A DNA stretch of 64,000 bases, taken from contig JAEINX010000002.1 in NCBI GenBank assembly GCA_016342645.1, forward strand, positions 23,804 through 87,803, read 5' to 3'. The stretch comes from Bacteroidales bacterium (GTDB lineage Bacteria; Bacteroidota; Bacteroidia; Bacteroidales; JAEINX01). The translations under genes and the position numbers were made by a program. Positions 45,801 to 53,995 of the stretch are shown one piece after another. The stretch's first letter is position 1. The number at the start of each line of letters is the position of its first letter. The notes beneath the pieces are model-generated. The model saw only the letters and a program-made list of their open reading frames with translations. It was not told where the DNA came from and ran no database searches.

Positions 45801-46436
45801 ACTAAATATTTCAAATTCGACGGAGGAAATGCTGCCGACCCTGTTTATACAATCTATGTTGACGGACTTTCTGTTGGAGACGAAGTTGCGGCTTTTGATG
45901 GAGAGAAAATTGTAGGTAGCCTTACAATTACTTCAGACAATATGCTTGAAAACGAATTAGCTGTTTTTAGCACTGTTTGCGGTGGAAAAGGTTATGAATC
46001 CGGAAATCTCATCATGTTTAAAATTTATGATCCTCAAATGCAAACGGAAGTCGGATACAGCTTTGAATTTTTATATCTTTATGGAGATGCCTACACAAAT
46101 CTCAATTATCCCATTGAAGATGGGAAATTCAGTTTGGTAAAAATTTATAAATCTAACACTAACATTGATGAATTAAGCACGAAATTATTTTCAATATATC
46201 CTAATCCGGTGATTGATAAAGTCAATATTTCGATTGATGTTGAAAAAATGAGTAATGTTGAAATTTCGATTTTCAGTGCTGAAGGAGTAAAGATTTTCAA
46301 TGATAAACGGGATAATTTCTCGAGAAAATATCTTGAAATCATTGACTTGTCAAATTTTAGTAGTGGTGTATATTTTGTAACTATTAATAATGATAATAAA
46401 AAGGCCACTCAAAAAATAATTCTTCAAAGGCCGTAA
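42801..46436 (+). CDS. T9SS-secreted BNR/Asp-box beta-propeller protein carrying the same NGIG x2 and PVYTI cassettes plus Por CTD
   Basis: 1211 aa. Asp-box repeats: SIDGGISWD, SNNGGETFE, SSNKGQTWI, SNNGGNSWY, TYDGGATWL. The cassettes at 45273-46140 are homologous to those in 12150..20095. CTD: FSIYPNPVIDKVNISI...GVYFVTINN...QKIILQ. Confidence 0.8.
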   Translation: MKKPILQKGLIASIIMSLFLVIFLTSNQSSKREKYENYLNGQFENIEEFSKEDLKEMPKPTRPDLAAIQNYYMTLDPELGRVPLERLVEAYHETKLQSKQASLKSSDQIEWENIDVEMGGRTRALTWDQNDPSHKKVWAGGVTGGLWYNDDITNDYSSWIPVNDFWPNLAISCITFDPINSNIIYVGTGEAQTAFTTYRESTGVGIGIWKSIDGGISWDLLPSTEYFKYITDIKVRNENGVSVIYTGVASGFYQGINHQSIPSDGLYRSNNGGETFEQVLPNISDLDVPYTPADIEIAADGRIYIGTMPNIDDEGGATILMSDVGTSGNWTVFEDYRILIEQGVGDFYLPGRVMLAPAPSDENIVYAVIGAGYNNGFKYFRGNFILRSSNKGQTWIEKNLPNNDPSWASLSWHAFITSVDPNDANRVYIGGLDVYKSNNGGNSWYHVSDWSAMYWGGGDDYVHADQHAQVYNSNSSNEMIFGSDGGVFYTSSATNNYPVFEQKNLNYNTLQFYTCAMSPLSNDDTYVGGLQDNGTLYYTGSPISINDMIDGGDGAYCFIDQDQAEIMISSVYYNSYTTFVNGEPQANAGQSSGIFINPAAYDYDDNILYANAVNFFGNYQNRILRIDGIPYSPDEDYLYLNTGISVYFSHVQYSPYSPEGKSTLFLGSVAGHLFKVENAESSPTVTDIGSDEFPTANISCVAIGGSEDTLLVTFSNYGVSSVWQTYDGGATWLEKESNLPDMPIRWAIYHPQNSMQAMLATEIGIWTTINLNSPEPVWIPSVEGMANVRVDMLKVRDSDNTVLAATQGRGLFTTVYELESQQQSQTISLNSGYQFVSSHLLPENPDMEVVVDEILENGLVFVRGSEGTMLSKIGPTWVNGIGDWIGTEAYLIKFEGGGQFTISGDLIPVVTEINLSAGFQFVSYLPHVEIDAMESFATIIGDDLIFVRNSNASMLRKVGPNWVNGIGNCIPSEGYLVKMADAAVLIYPEEGKSADKKHLSTKYFKFDGGNAADPVYTIYVDGLSVGDEVAAFDGEKIVGSLTITSDNMLENELAVFSTVCGGKGYESGNLIMFKIYDPQMQTEVGYSFEFLYLYGDAYTNLNYPIEDGKFSLVKIYKSNTNIDELSTKLFSIYPNPVIDKVNISIDVEKMSNVEISIFSAEGVKIFNDKRDNFSRKYLEIIDLSNFSSGVYFVTINNDNKKATQKIILQRP

Positions 46437-46487
46437 TTAGGCTCTTTATATATTATTCTCATTTATTATGAGCAATAAACCATTTAA

Positions 46488-46520
46488 AACGAGAGATATT
46501 CTTTATCTCTCGTTTTTACT
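46488..46520 (+). terminator. Rho-independent terminator of 42801..46436
   Basis: AAACGAGAGAT-attcttt-ATCTCTCGTTT followed by TTTACTTTTT. Confidence 0.75.
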
Positions 46521-46765
46521 TTTTATCATTTTGCGTGGAATTTTATATTTCTGTTTATTAGGTGGCATCACTATCTAAATAATTCAATATTCGAAATAAA
46601 TGGCTAAAGTTTTATTATTGAATCCTTTTAGGATTCTAAGTTCGGCCTCAACTTTATCATATCCTGTGCTACCTCGATTCTCGGAACAAGTTGTACAGAG
46701 AGTCATTTATATTTATTCCGCTCTGCGGATTGTGTGAACTAATATTTACATTGAGCCCCTTTCTT

Positions 46766-48571
46766 TTACACTTCCGATTTTTTAAGTCTTTTTCTATCAA
46801 GTTCGTTAAGTAATATTTTTCTTATGCGAACAGATTTTGGTGTAACCTCAACATACTCATCTTTTCCTATGTATTCCATAGCCTCTTCCAAAGAAAACTT
46901 TATTGCAGGAGTTATCGACACTTTTTCATCGGAGCCGGCTGCACGAACATTCGACTGTTTTTTAGTCTTTGTAATATTCAATACAAGGTCGTCGTACCTT
47001 GTGCTTTCACCTATCACCTGGCCAGCATAAATCTCTTCATTCGGCTTAACGAAAAAATTCCCTCTGTCCTGCAGTTTGTCGATAGAATAAGCAATAGCTG
47101 TTCCGGTTTCCATAGCAATTAAAGCACCGTTTCTTTTAGCTTGTATTTCACCCTTCCAAGGTTCATATCCTTTAAACCTATGTGAAATTACGGCTTCACC
47201 TTCGGTAACAGTTAAAATGGGGTTTGTAAGCCCTATCAAACCTCTTGCCGGTATTTTGAATTCGAGATTTATTCTGTCGTTTTTAGTTTCAATATTCAAA
47301 ATGTCTCCCTTGCGTTTGGTAACAATCTCAATTACTTTCCCCGAAAACTCTTCCGAAACATTTACATATAATAGTTCTACCGGTTCATGTTTATATCCAT
47401 CTATATTTTTAGTAACAACCTTAGGCTGGCCCAATTGGAATTCATATCCCTCTCTTCTCATAGTTTCAACCAAAATAGATAAATGAAGAATCCCTCGACC
47501 ATAAACCGTTAGTTTATCAGGTGAATTTGTATCTTCAACCCTTAAGGCCAGATTTTTCTCTGTTTCTTTGAATAATCTATCTCTGATATGCCTTGAAGTA
47601 ACGTATTTTCCTTCTCTACCAAAAAAGGGCGAATTGTTAATTGTGAAAAGCATACTCATTGTAGGCTCGTCAACCGAGATAGGTTTTAATGCCTCGGGTT
47701 TTTCAAAATCGGCAATAGTGTCGCCTATATCAAAGTTTTCAAGGCCCATTATGGCAACAATTTCACCTGATTTAACTTCTTTCTTGGTCTTTTCTTTTCC
47801 CAATCCCTCAAATCGATAAAGCTCTTTTATTACCGATTTATTTGTCAATCCGTTTCTTTGAACAACAGATACCTGATCACCCATTTTGGCACTTCCTCTG
47901 TGTATCCTACCAACTGCAATTCTTCCTGTATATGATGAGTAATCCAACGAACTGATTTGTAATTGTAAAGTTCCCGGATTATATTTTGGCGGATCAAAAT
48001 ACTCAATAATTGTATCTAATAAATATGTAACATCATTAGTGGGCGTTTTCCAATCGGGGCCCATCCATCCAAGTTTTGATGAACCGTAAACAGTTGGAAA
48101 ACTCAATTGTTCATCGGTAGCATCAAGAGAAAACATCAGTTCAAAAACAAGTTCACTTACTTCTTCCGGATTGCAATTTGGTTTATCAACTTTATTAATT
48201 ACAACTATGGGTTTCAAATCCAATTCAATTGCTTTTTGTAAAACAAATCGGGTTTGAGGCATAGGCCCCTCGAAAGCATCAACAAGTAAAAGAACTCCGT
48301 CAGCCATATTTAATACACGCTCTACCTCTCCTCCAAAATCGGAGTGGCCGGGTGTGTCGATAATATTTATTTTTGTTCCTTTATATCTTACCGATACATT
48401 TTTAGATAAAATAGTAATCCCTCTTTCGCGTTCCAAATCATTCGAATCCAGAATCAAATCTTCCACTTCCTGGTTATCTCTGAACAATTTCACCTGATGT
48501 AGAATTCTATCAACCATAGTTGTTTTTCCATGATCGACATGTGCAATAATTGCAATATTTCTTATATCCAT
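46766..48571 (-). CDS. typA: Translational GTPase TypA/BipA
   Basis: MDIRNIAIIAHVDHGKTTMVDRIL, DTPGHSDFGGEVER, NKVD. 601 aa. Confidence 0.95.
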   Translation of the reverse strand: MDIRNIAIIAHVDHGKTTMVDRILHQVKLFRDNQEVEDLILDSNDLERERGITILSKNVSVRYKGTKINIIDTPGHSDFGGEVERVLNMADGVLLLVDAFEGPMPQTRFVLQKAIELDLKPIVVINKVDKPNCNPEEVSELVFELMFSLDATDEQLSFPTVYGSSKLGWMGPDWKTPTNDVTYLLDTIIEYFDPPKYNPGTLQLQISSLDYSSYTGRIAVGRIHRGSAKMGDQVSVVQRNGLTNKSVIKELYRFEGLGKEKTKKEVKSGEIVAIMGLENFDIGDTIADFEKPEALKPISVDEPTMSMLFTINNSPFFGREGKYVTSRHIRDRLFKETEKNLALRVEDTNSPDKLTVYGRGILHLSILVETMRREGYEFQLGQPKVVTKNIDGYKHEPVELLYVNVSEEFSGKVIEIVTKRKGDILNIETKNDRINLEFKIPARGLIGLTNPILTVTEGEAVISHRFKGYEPWKGEIQAKRNGALIAMETGTAIAYSIDKLQDRGNFFVKPNEEIYAGQVIGESTRYDDLVLNITKTKKQSNVRAAGSDEKVSITPAIKFSLEEAMEYIGKDEYVEVTPKSVRIRKILLNELDRKRLKKSEV

Positions 48572-48603
48572 AAAAATTTCTTAATGCTTTTTAAAATAGC
48601 GTG

Positions 48604-48611
48604 CAAAAATA
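48604..48611 (-). promoter_or_regulatory. -7 promoter box TATTTTTG for typA
   Basis: The plus strand reads caaaaata. It sits 33 nt upstream of the ATG at 48571. Confidence 0.4.
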
Positions 48612-48771
48612 GTCAATAGTTCTGATTGACAAGAATTATTTTATTTTTGTTTATCAGTCATTTAATTGCCATTGGTATTCAGAAACAATACAAACAAAAT
48701 AAGAGAGCGACAATAAATGACATCAAAGCGAAATGATTATTAATGACAGCTTAGCGAAATGACAATAAAAA

Positions 48772-50586
48772 TTAAATCTTTAATTTTATTGAAAGATTAT
48801 TTATTTCCGAATTTAGAAGATTTAGGGTTTTCTTACAAGCATCCAAATCACTTAGAATACTGGATTTTGTATCATTAAAAAAGCCTGTTGGATTACTAAA
48901 TAATCTTGAATAATAATTAGCCCCCTCTTTCAAATTCTTAACAAAAGTTAATAGATACTTTTCCTGTTTATTCGTCATAGAAACTTTTGTTTCCTCCATT
49001 TTACTTTTCAAAAAGTCAATATAAATTCCCAATTCTTTAATAAACATATTTGGGCGATCATTTCTTTTAATAATGTTCGACCGGCTGTAAATATGATCTA
49101 TGATTTCTTTTAAGCTCATTTTTTTTGAGAAATACGCCATGTTTGGGCCGGGGCAAACCGAAACACCTTCACTTTCTCCATCAGTATCTAAATGATTAGC
49201 TAACAAAGCTGACGTGCCTAATCCGACACAAATACATGATTTGTCAACAATCTTTTTCAATTTTGCCAAGTATTCATCAGTAGGTAGTCCTTCTTTTTTT
49301 AATTCTTTTAATTTATAACTCTGGTATTGGCGTGAAGCCGTGCAAACACCTTTATCAGAAAACTCTTTGTTCAATGCGGCAAATCTTTTATGGCATAAAC
49401 TCCCGGGTTTTCCTTTTTCAATTAGAGATAATTTTTCAATGTCTTTAGTGTTACATTTAAGGCTATTGAAAGGAATACCTAAAGGAGAAATATTACTTAA
49501 ATATAAATCATCTTCTTTGGCGTCACATAATTTATTTATGGTTGAATCGTCAATGCTTGTTGCTTCGGGTACTAAAAGAAAAGGAGTACCCCAGCCTACC
49601 GAATCAACATTATAATGGTCAATTAAAAATTGATGTTCCTCGGCCGTACCAACACCACCTTGAGCCGTAATTTTCAATGGCAATGCTGTTTTTGGTATCG
49701 GGCGGTTTTTATTGGAAAGTGCCTTTACCAGTATTTCATGAATTTCGTGAATCAGTTCCTTACGATTGTTTTTATATTCGGCTAATATTGGGCCCAGAAG
49801 ATATCCGTCGGTTGCAAAAGCATGTCCTCCACAATTTAATCCCGATTCAATTCGGTATTCCGAAACCCATAATCCCTTTTTAGCAAGAAATTTGCCTTGT
49901 ATAAATGCCGATCGATAATCACTGACTTTTAAAACTATTTTCTTTTTTATTTCACCGGCTTCATCGGGGTAAAAATCTTCAAATTTCTCCAAATAACTGT
50001 ACAATCTGGGATTCATTCCCGCCGAAAGCACTATTGATGAGTTTAGGTTGCTATTGGCAAATCCTCTAAGTGCAGCATGGGCATCATTGAATTCTACGGG
50101 TAATTTTTTTCCTTTTATATAGTTATCCTTATCAACTTTAGTCATAATATTTACGTCAATACTACCCATGGATAAGTTATCCTTTACCCAAGACTTAATT
50201 TCATTAATATTAAAGAATTTCTCAGTTAATTTTTTGAATTCCTGATTTATGCTTGAATTATCAGGTAACATATTAAAGTATTCTTTAATCTCATTACTTT
50301 TTTCAATAGTAGCATTTTTGAATTCTTCAAATTTCTTTTTTGCTAATTTATTTATTAAGTTCAGATATGAGGTAATACGTTTTGCCCTGAAATCTTCAAT
50401 TTTTTCTGAAATTTCATTATAAGGAATTTCAAATTTCTCACAGTACATTTTTCTAAACTTTTCAAGCAGAATATCATCAACGAGAGAAATCACAGAATCA
50501 ATGCCATATTGAGAGACCTTTAATGGAGTATCAATAGTAAATCCGATTCCCATGACAGGGATATGGAATGAATGTGTTTTTGCCAT
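48772..50586 (-). CDS. Conserved hypothetical 604-aa protein, possibly an FMN/TIM-barrel (nitronate-monooxygenase-like) enzyme
   Basis: An intact long ORF. The N-terminus is HIPVMGIGFTIDTPLKVSQYGIDSVISLVDD. Internal QGGVGTAEEHQFLIDHYNVDSVGWGTPFLLVPEA resembles the GG.G...GA..V..GT.FL..E segment of NPD-like barrels. The assignment is weak. Confidence 0.4.
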   Translation of the reverse strand: MAKTHSFHIPVMGIGFTIDTPLKVSQYGIDSVISLVDDILLEKFRKMYCEKFEIPYNEISEKIEDFRAKRITSYLNLINKLAKKKFEEFKNATIEKSNEIKEYFNMLPDNSSINQEFKKLTEKFFNINEIKSWVKDNLSMGSIDVNIMTKVDKDNYIKGKKLPVEFNDAHAALRGFANSNLNSSIVLSAGMNPRLYSYLEKFEDFYPDEAGEIKKKIVLKVSDYRSAFIQGKFLAKKGLWVSEYRIESGLNCGGHAFATDGYLLGPILAEYKNNRKELIHEIHEILVKALSNKNRPIPKTALPLKITAQGGVGTAEEHQFLIDHYNVDSVGWGTPFLLVPEATSIDDSTINKLCDAKEDDLYLSNISPLGIPFNSLKCNTKDIEKLSLIEKGKPGSLCHKRFAALNKEFSDKGVCTASRQYQSYKLKELKKEGLPTDEYLAKLKKIVDKSCICVGLGTSALLANHLDTDGESEGVSVCPGPNMAYFSKKMSLKEIIDHIYSRSNIIKRNDRPNMFIKELGIYIDFLKSKMEETKVSMTNKQEKYLLTFVKNLKEGANYYSRLFSNPTGFFNDTKSSILSDLDACKKTLNLLNSEINNLSIKLKI

Positions 50587-50833
50587 TTTTCAATTATTAG
50601 TACTGAGTTATTGATAACCAATCAAACATCTTCTTTACAATGAGTGATATATCCGCTTTGCTGTGAGGTGTTTCATGTAATACATTGGTTAAAAAATATT
50701 TTTTTTCAAGAAATAAATATTCATAAATATTTTTAGGCAAAGTTACAAAATAATTCTTAGCTATGATTAATAAAAATGTGTATAAAATTTCTATTAATTT
50801 TATTAAATGCTCATTTATTAAATTTGTTGTTTC

Positions 50834-50866
50834 AAAAATAAAAAAGCCTATCGTCTTGATAGGCTT
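50834..50866 (-). terminator. Rho-independent terminator of the cold-shock gene
   Basis: The minus strand reads AAGCCTATC-aagac-GATAGGCTT followed by TTTTATTTT. Confidence 0.8.
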
Positions 50867-50896
50867 TAGATTTTTTAAAAAGTTTAAGAATAAATA

Positions 50897-51088
50897 TTAA
50901 ATTACTTTGACATTTACTGCATTTAATCCTTTTTTTCCTTCTTTTAATTCAAATTCTACAGAGTCTCCTTCGGCAATTTTATCAATTAAACCTGAAATGT
51001 GTACAAAATAGTCTTCTTTTGAATCTTCGTCTGTAATGAATCCAAATCCCTTAGATTCATTGAAAAATTTTACTGTTCCTTGTTTCAT
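50897..51088 (-). CDS. Cold-shock protein (CspA family)
   Basis: [37 protein letters not shown]1/RNP2 motifs. Confidence 0.95.
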   Translation of the reverse strand: MKQGTVKFFNESKGFGFITDEDSKEDYFVHISGLIDKIAEGDSVEFELKEGKKGLNAVNVKVI

Positions 51089-51110
51089 TATTAAATAATT
51101 AATTAATGTG

Positions 51111-51118
51111 GCAAAGTT
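51111..51118 (-). promoter_or_regulatory. -7 promoter box TAACTTTG for csp
   Basis: The plus strand reads caaagtta. It sits 23 nt upstream of the ATG at 51088. Confidence 0.45.
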
Positions 51119-51411
51119 AAATTTTTATTTTATATGATGGTTTTATGTTGCTAATTTTTATAATAATTTCTAACCATCAGGTATGTAGCCTATTAAGATG
51201 TTTCTTTTCTCAACAGTGCAAATATATTCTGTATTATTACGCTTATTTCGTCATAAATTATGTGGTTTTTTGGTTAGATATGTCATATAATAATTTGTAA
51301 ATCATAGAAAATATTTAAATGAAGGGAAATAATTTATGGCTTTGTTTGTCTTAGCTTGATAAATCAAGAATTATTTCAGATTACAAATTTCAGTACTTTT
51401 GCGATAAATAA

Positions 51412-51419
51412 TATATTTG
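51412..51419 (+). promoter_or_regulatory. -7 promoter box TATATTTG for the OstA-like gene
   Basis: Read directly, 15 nt upstream of the ATG at 51435. A second match, TACTTTTG, lies at about 51393-51400. Confidence 0.4.
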
Positions 51420-51434
51420 CCGTTTTAGCATAAT

Positions 51435-52979
51435 ATGAAAATCACCTTACAAACACATTTAATAAATTATTTCATTCTAATATTTTTGCTTTTAAACATT
51501 GGCGAAGCTTTTTGCCAACAAAGCTCAATAATAATACTTAAAAAAGCCGATTTTTGGAAAAACGACAAAAACCTTGGTGAAGATATTGAAAGAATTATCG
51601 GAAATGCTGAATTTGAACTCGATAGTGCCAGTCTTTTTTGTGATAGCGCATATTTGAACAAAAAGAAAAACAATATCGATGCCTTCGGACATGTTCACAT
51701 TAAATCGGGCGATACTCTGGATATTTACAGCGATCTGCTAAACTATGACGGAAATACAAGAATTGCCGAACTTCACAATAATGTTACTTTAATAGATAAT
51801 CAAACCACTCTCACAACTAATGATTTGATTTATAATCGAAAGTCAAAGGTTGCCAATTATTATTCTGGTGGAAAAATTGTTAATAAAGATAATCAACTGA
51901 CAAGCCTGATCGGATATTATTTTACAAAACAAAAAGAATTCTTTTTTAAAGATAGCGTTGTTTTAATAAATCCCGATTATGTAATGACTTCCGATAGCCT
52001 AATGTATAATACTGTTACTGAAATTGCCTATTTTCAGGGCCCTACAAGTATAACCGGCGAAGACAAATATGTTTATTGTGAAGATGGGTGGTATGATACC
52101 AAATCGGGTGTTACTCTTATGAAAATAAAAGTTTTCATTATAAATAAAGAACAAACAATTAAAGCCGATACTGTTTTTTATGACAAAGTATCGGGATTTG
52201 GTGAAGCATTTAATAATATTACCATTATCGACACGGTTCAAAACATTGTCGCTAAGGGAAATTATTTAAGATATAATAAAACAAAAGAATTTGCATATCT
52301 TACTGATAGTGCACAAGCAATATTAATTGATAAAAACGATTCCCTGTTTTTGCATGCTGATAGTTTGATAGTTACATTTGACAGTCTTCAGTCGACAAAA
52401 AAAATGTTTGCCTATTATAAAGCAAAATTTTACAGAAAAAATTTGCAGGGTTTATGCGATTCACTTGTTTATAATTTTGTTGATTCTACTATTAATTTAT
52501 ATAATGATCCGGTGATATGGTCTGAAGAAAATCAATTGACAGCCGACTCAATAAAAATCGCAATTACAAATAAAACGGCTGATTCTTTGACACTTTATAA
52601 TTCTGCTTTTATTATCTCTCAAAACGATTCTTTGGGTTTTAACCAAATAAAAGGGAAAAACATGATAGGGTTTTTCAAAGATAATGAGTTGAGAAAAATA
52701 TTCGTATCAGGAAATGCCGAAACTATTTATTATGTAATTGATGATGGTGAAAATAAAGAAAGAGAATTGATTGGAATTAATAAATCGATTTCAAACTATA
52801 TGATTATTTATTTAATTGATAATAAAGTTAAAGACATATTATATTTAGAAAAACCCGATAAAACATTATTTCCTGAAGACGACCTGCCGGCAGAAGATAA
52901 AATTTTGAAAGGTTTTAGGTGGTTAGATGAATTTAGGCCAAAAAATAAATCGGAAATTTTTAAGTGGAAAAATGATTAG
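51435..52979 (+). CDS. OstA/LptA-like repeat protein (periplasmic, LPS-transport related family)
   Basis: 514 aa with a signal peptide. Repeated OstA-like beta-jellyroll strings, e.g. AFGHVHIKSGDTLDIYSDLLNYDGNTRIAELHNNVTLIDNQTTLTTNDLIYN. Confidence 0.6.
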   Translation: MKITLQTHLINYFILIFLLLNIGEAFCQQSSIIILKKADFWKNDKNLGEDIERIIGNAEFELDSASLFCDSAYLNKKKNNIDAFGHVHIKSGDTLDIYSDLLNYDGNTRIAELHNNVTLIDNQTTLTTNDLIYNRKSKVANYYSGGKIVNKDNQLTSLIGYYFTKQKEFFFKDSVVLINPDYVMTSDSLMYNTVTEIAYFQGPTSITGEDKYVYCEDGWYDTKSGVTLMKIKVFIINKEQTIKADTVFYDKVSGFGEAFNNITIIDTVQNIVAKGNYLRYNKTKEFAYLTDSAQAILIDKNDSLFLHADSLIVTFDSLQSTKKMFAYYKAKFYRKNLQGLCDSLVYNFVDSTINLYNDPVIWSEENQLTADSIKIAITNKTADSLTLYNSAFIISQNDSLGFNQIKGKNMIGFFKDNELRKIFVSGNAETIYYVIDDGENKERELIGINKSISNYMIIYLIDNKVKDILYLEKPDKTLFPEDDLPAEDKILKGFRWLDEFRPKNKSEIFKWKND

Positions 52980-53013
52980 ATATTATCAAATTATATCGTA
53001 ATAAGAAAACATT

Positions 53014-53961
53014 TTAAAACACCGAAAAACGAACATATTTTTTTGGATTAAGACGTATATCCTCAAGAAGTTTATTCAAATCGGATGAGGATTTTTGCAA
53101 TTCAATGTAAAGGCTGTCGTTGTGAAGCAGTAAACCTAAAGTTCCTTCACCTTTATTTATTTTATCAAGAATTTTAGATAATGTTTCAATAGATTTATTT
53201 GCGTTTAAAAACGTTTTGGGAATTTCAGATTTAGCTAAAGTATCACTTAATGTGGAAAAGTTTGCTAAAATATTGCTTATATTTTTATTGTTCTCTTTTA
53301 AGTTTTTTGTTATATCATCAACATTATTAATTATTGATGATAATCTGGTTCTTTCTGTAATTACCAATGTATCTATGTTATAGGTAGTATTTTGAAGTGA
53401 AAACAGAGTGTTTTTTATACTTTCAAAACTATTTTCGAGATTTTCGCGTGCATTTTCATTAAAAATTGCTTGAATAACGGTTACAACCGAATCAATTGAT
53501 CCCATAAGATCTTCTGCTTTTGTCTTAAGTGGCTGAACTTGTGCATTTACTTCTTCTTTTAGGCTGGCTTCAACTTTTGCACCCAAAGTATCACCGCTTT
53601 GTGCAAGTATTTTCGAGCTCCCTATTTGAAGATCAATAGCTTTTGATCCCATTAGATCTGAACTGTAAATTCTTGCTATTGAATTTTTTGGAATGGGAAA
53701 ATCATTACTTATTACTAAAATTACAATAATATTTCCTGAATTATCGGGAGCAAAATACAAATCTTTTACTTGTCCAACTTTTAAACCATTTATAACAATA
53801 GGATTAGATTTTATTAAGCCATTAACAGCATCATATTCAACATAAAATTCTCTTTGTTTTTCGAAGATATCGCTACCTTTTAAAAAATTAAAGCCCCAAA
53901 TAAAAAGGCCAATTGTGATAATGAATATGATTCCGACTATTAGTTCACGAGATATTTTCAA
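53014..53961 (-). CDS. MlaD/MCE-family protein
   Basis: N-terminal TM (ELIVGIIFIITIGLFIWGFNFL), then the MCE domain (YVEYDAVNGLIKSNPIVINGLKVGQVKDL). Confidence 0.8.
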   Translation of the reverse strand: MKISRELIVGIIFIITIGLFIWGFNFLKGSDIFEKQREFYVEYDAVNGLIKSNPIVINGLKVGQVKDLYFAPDNSGNIIVILVISNDFPIPKNSIARIYSSDLMGSKAIDLQIGSSKILAQSGDTLGAKVEASLKEEVNAQVQPLKTKAEDLMGSIDSVVTVIQAIFNENARENLENSFESIKNTLFSLQNTTYNIDTLVITERTRLSSIINNVDDITKNLKENNKNISNILANFSTLSDTLAKSEIPKTFLNANKSIETLSKILDKINKGEGTLGLLLHNDSLYIELQKSSSDLNKLLEDIRLNPKKYVRFSVF

Positions 53962-53985
53962 AACAAATTTTTTTATATGTTTTTA

Positions 53986-53993
53986 CAAAGTTA
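53986..53993 (-). promoter_or_regulatory. -7 promoter box TAACTTTG for the mlaD-like gene
   Basis: The plus strand reads caaagtta. It sits 25 nt upstream of the ATG at 53961. Confidence 0.4.
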
Positions 53994-53995
53994 AT

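Noticed and set aside
51089-51434. Long structured cold-shock 5' UTR (cspA-type thermosensor) upstream of csp
   Set aside because: A good TAACTTTG -7 box lies only 23 nt upstream of the csp ATG, so the leader is short. The remaining 300 nt is AT-rich spacer shared with the divergent OstA-like gene, and I saw no convincing structure.
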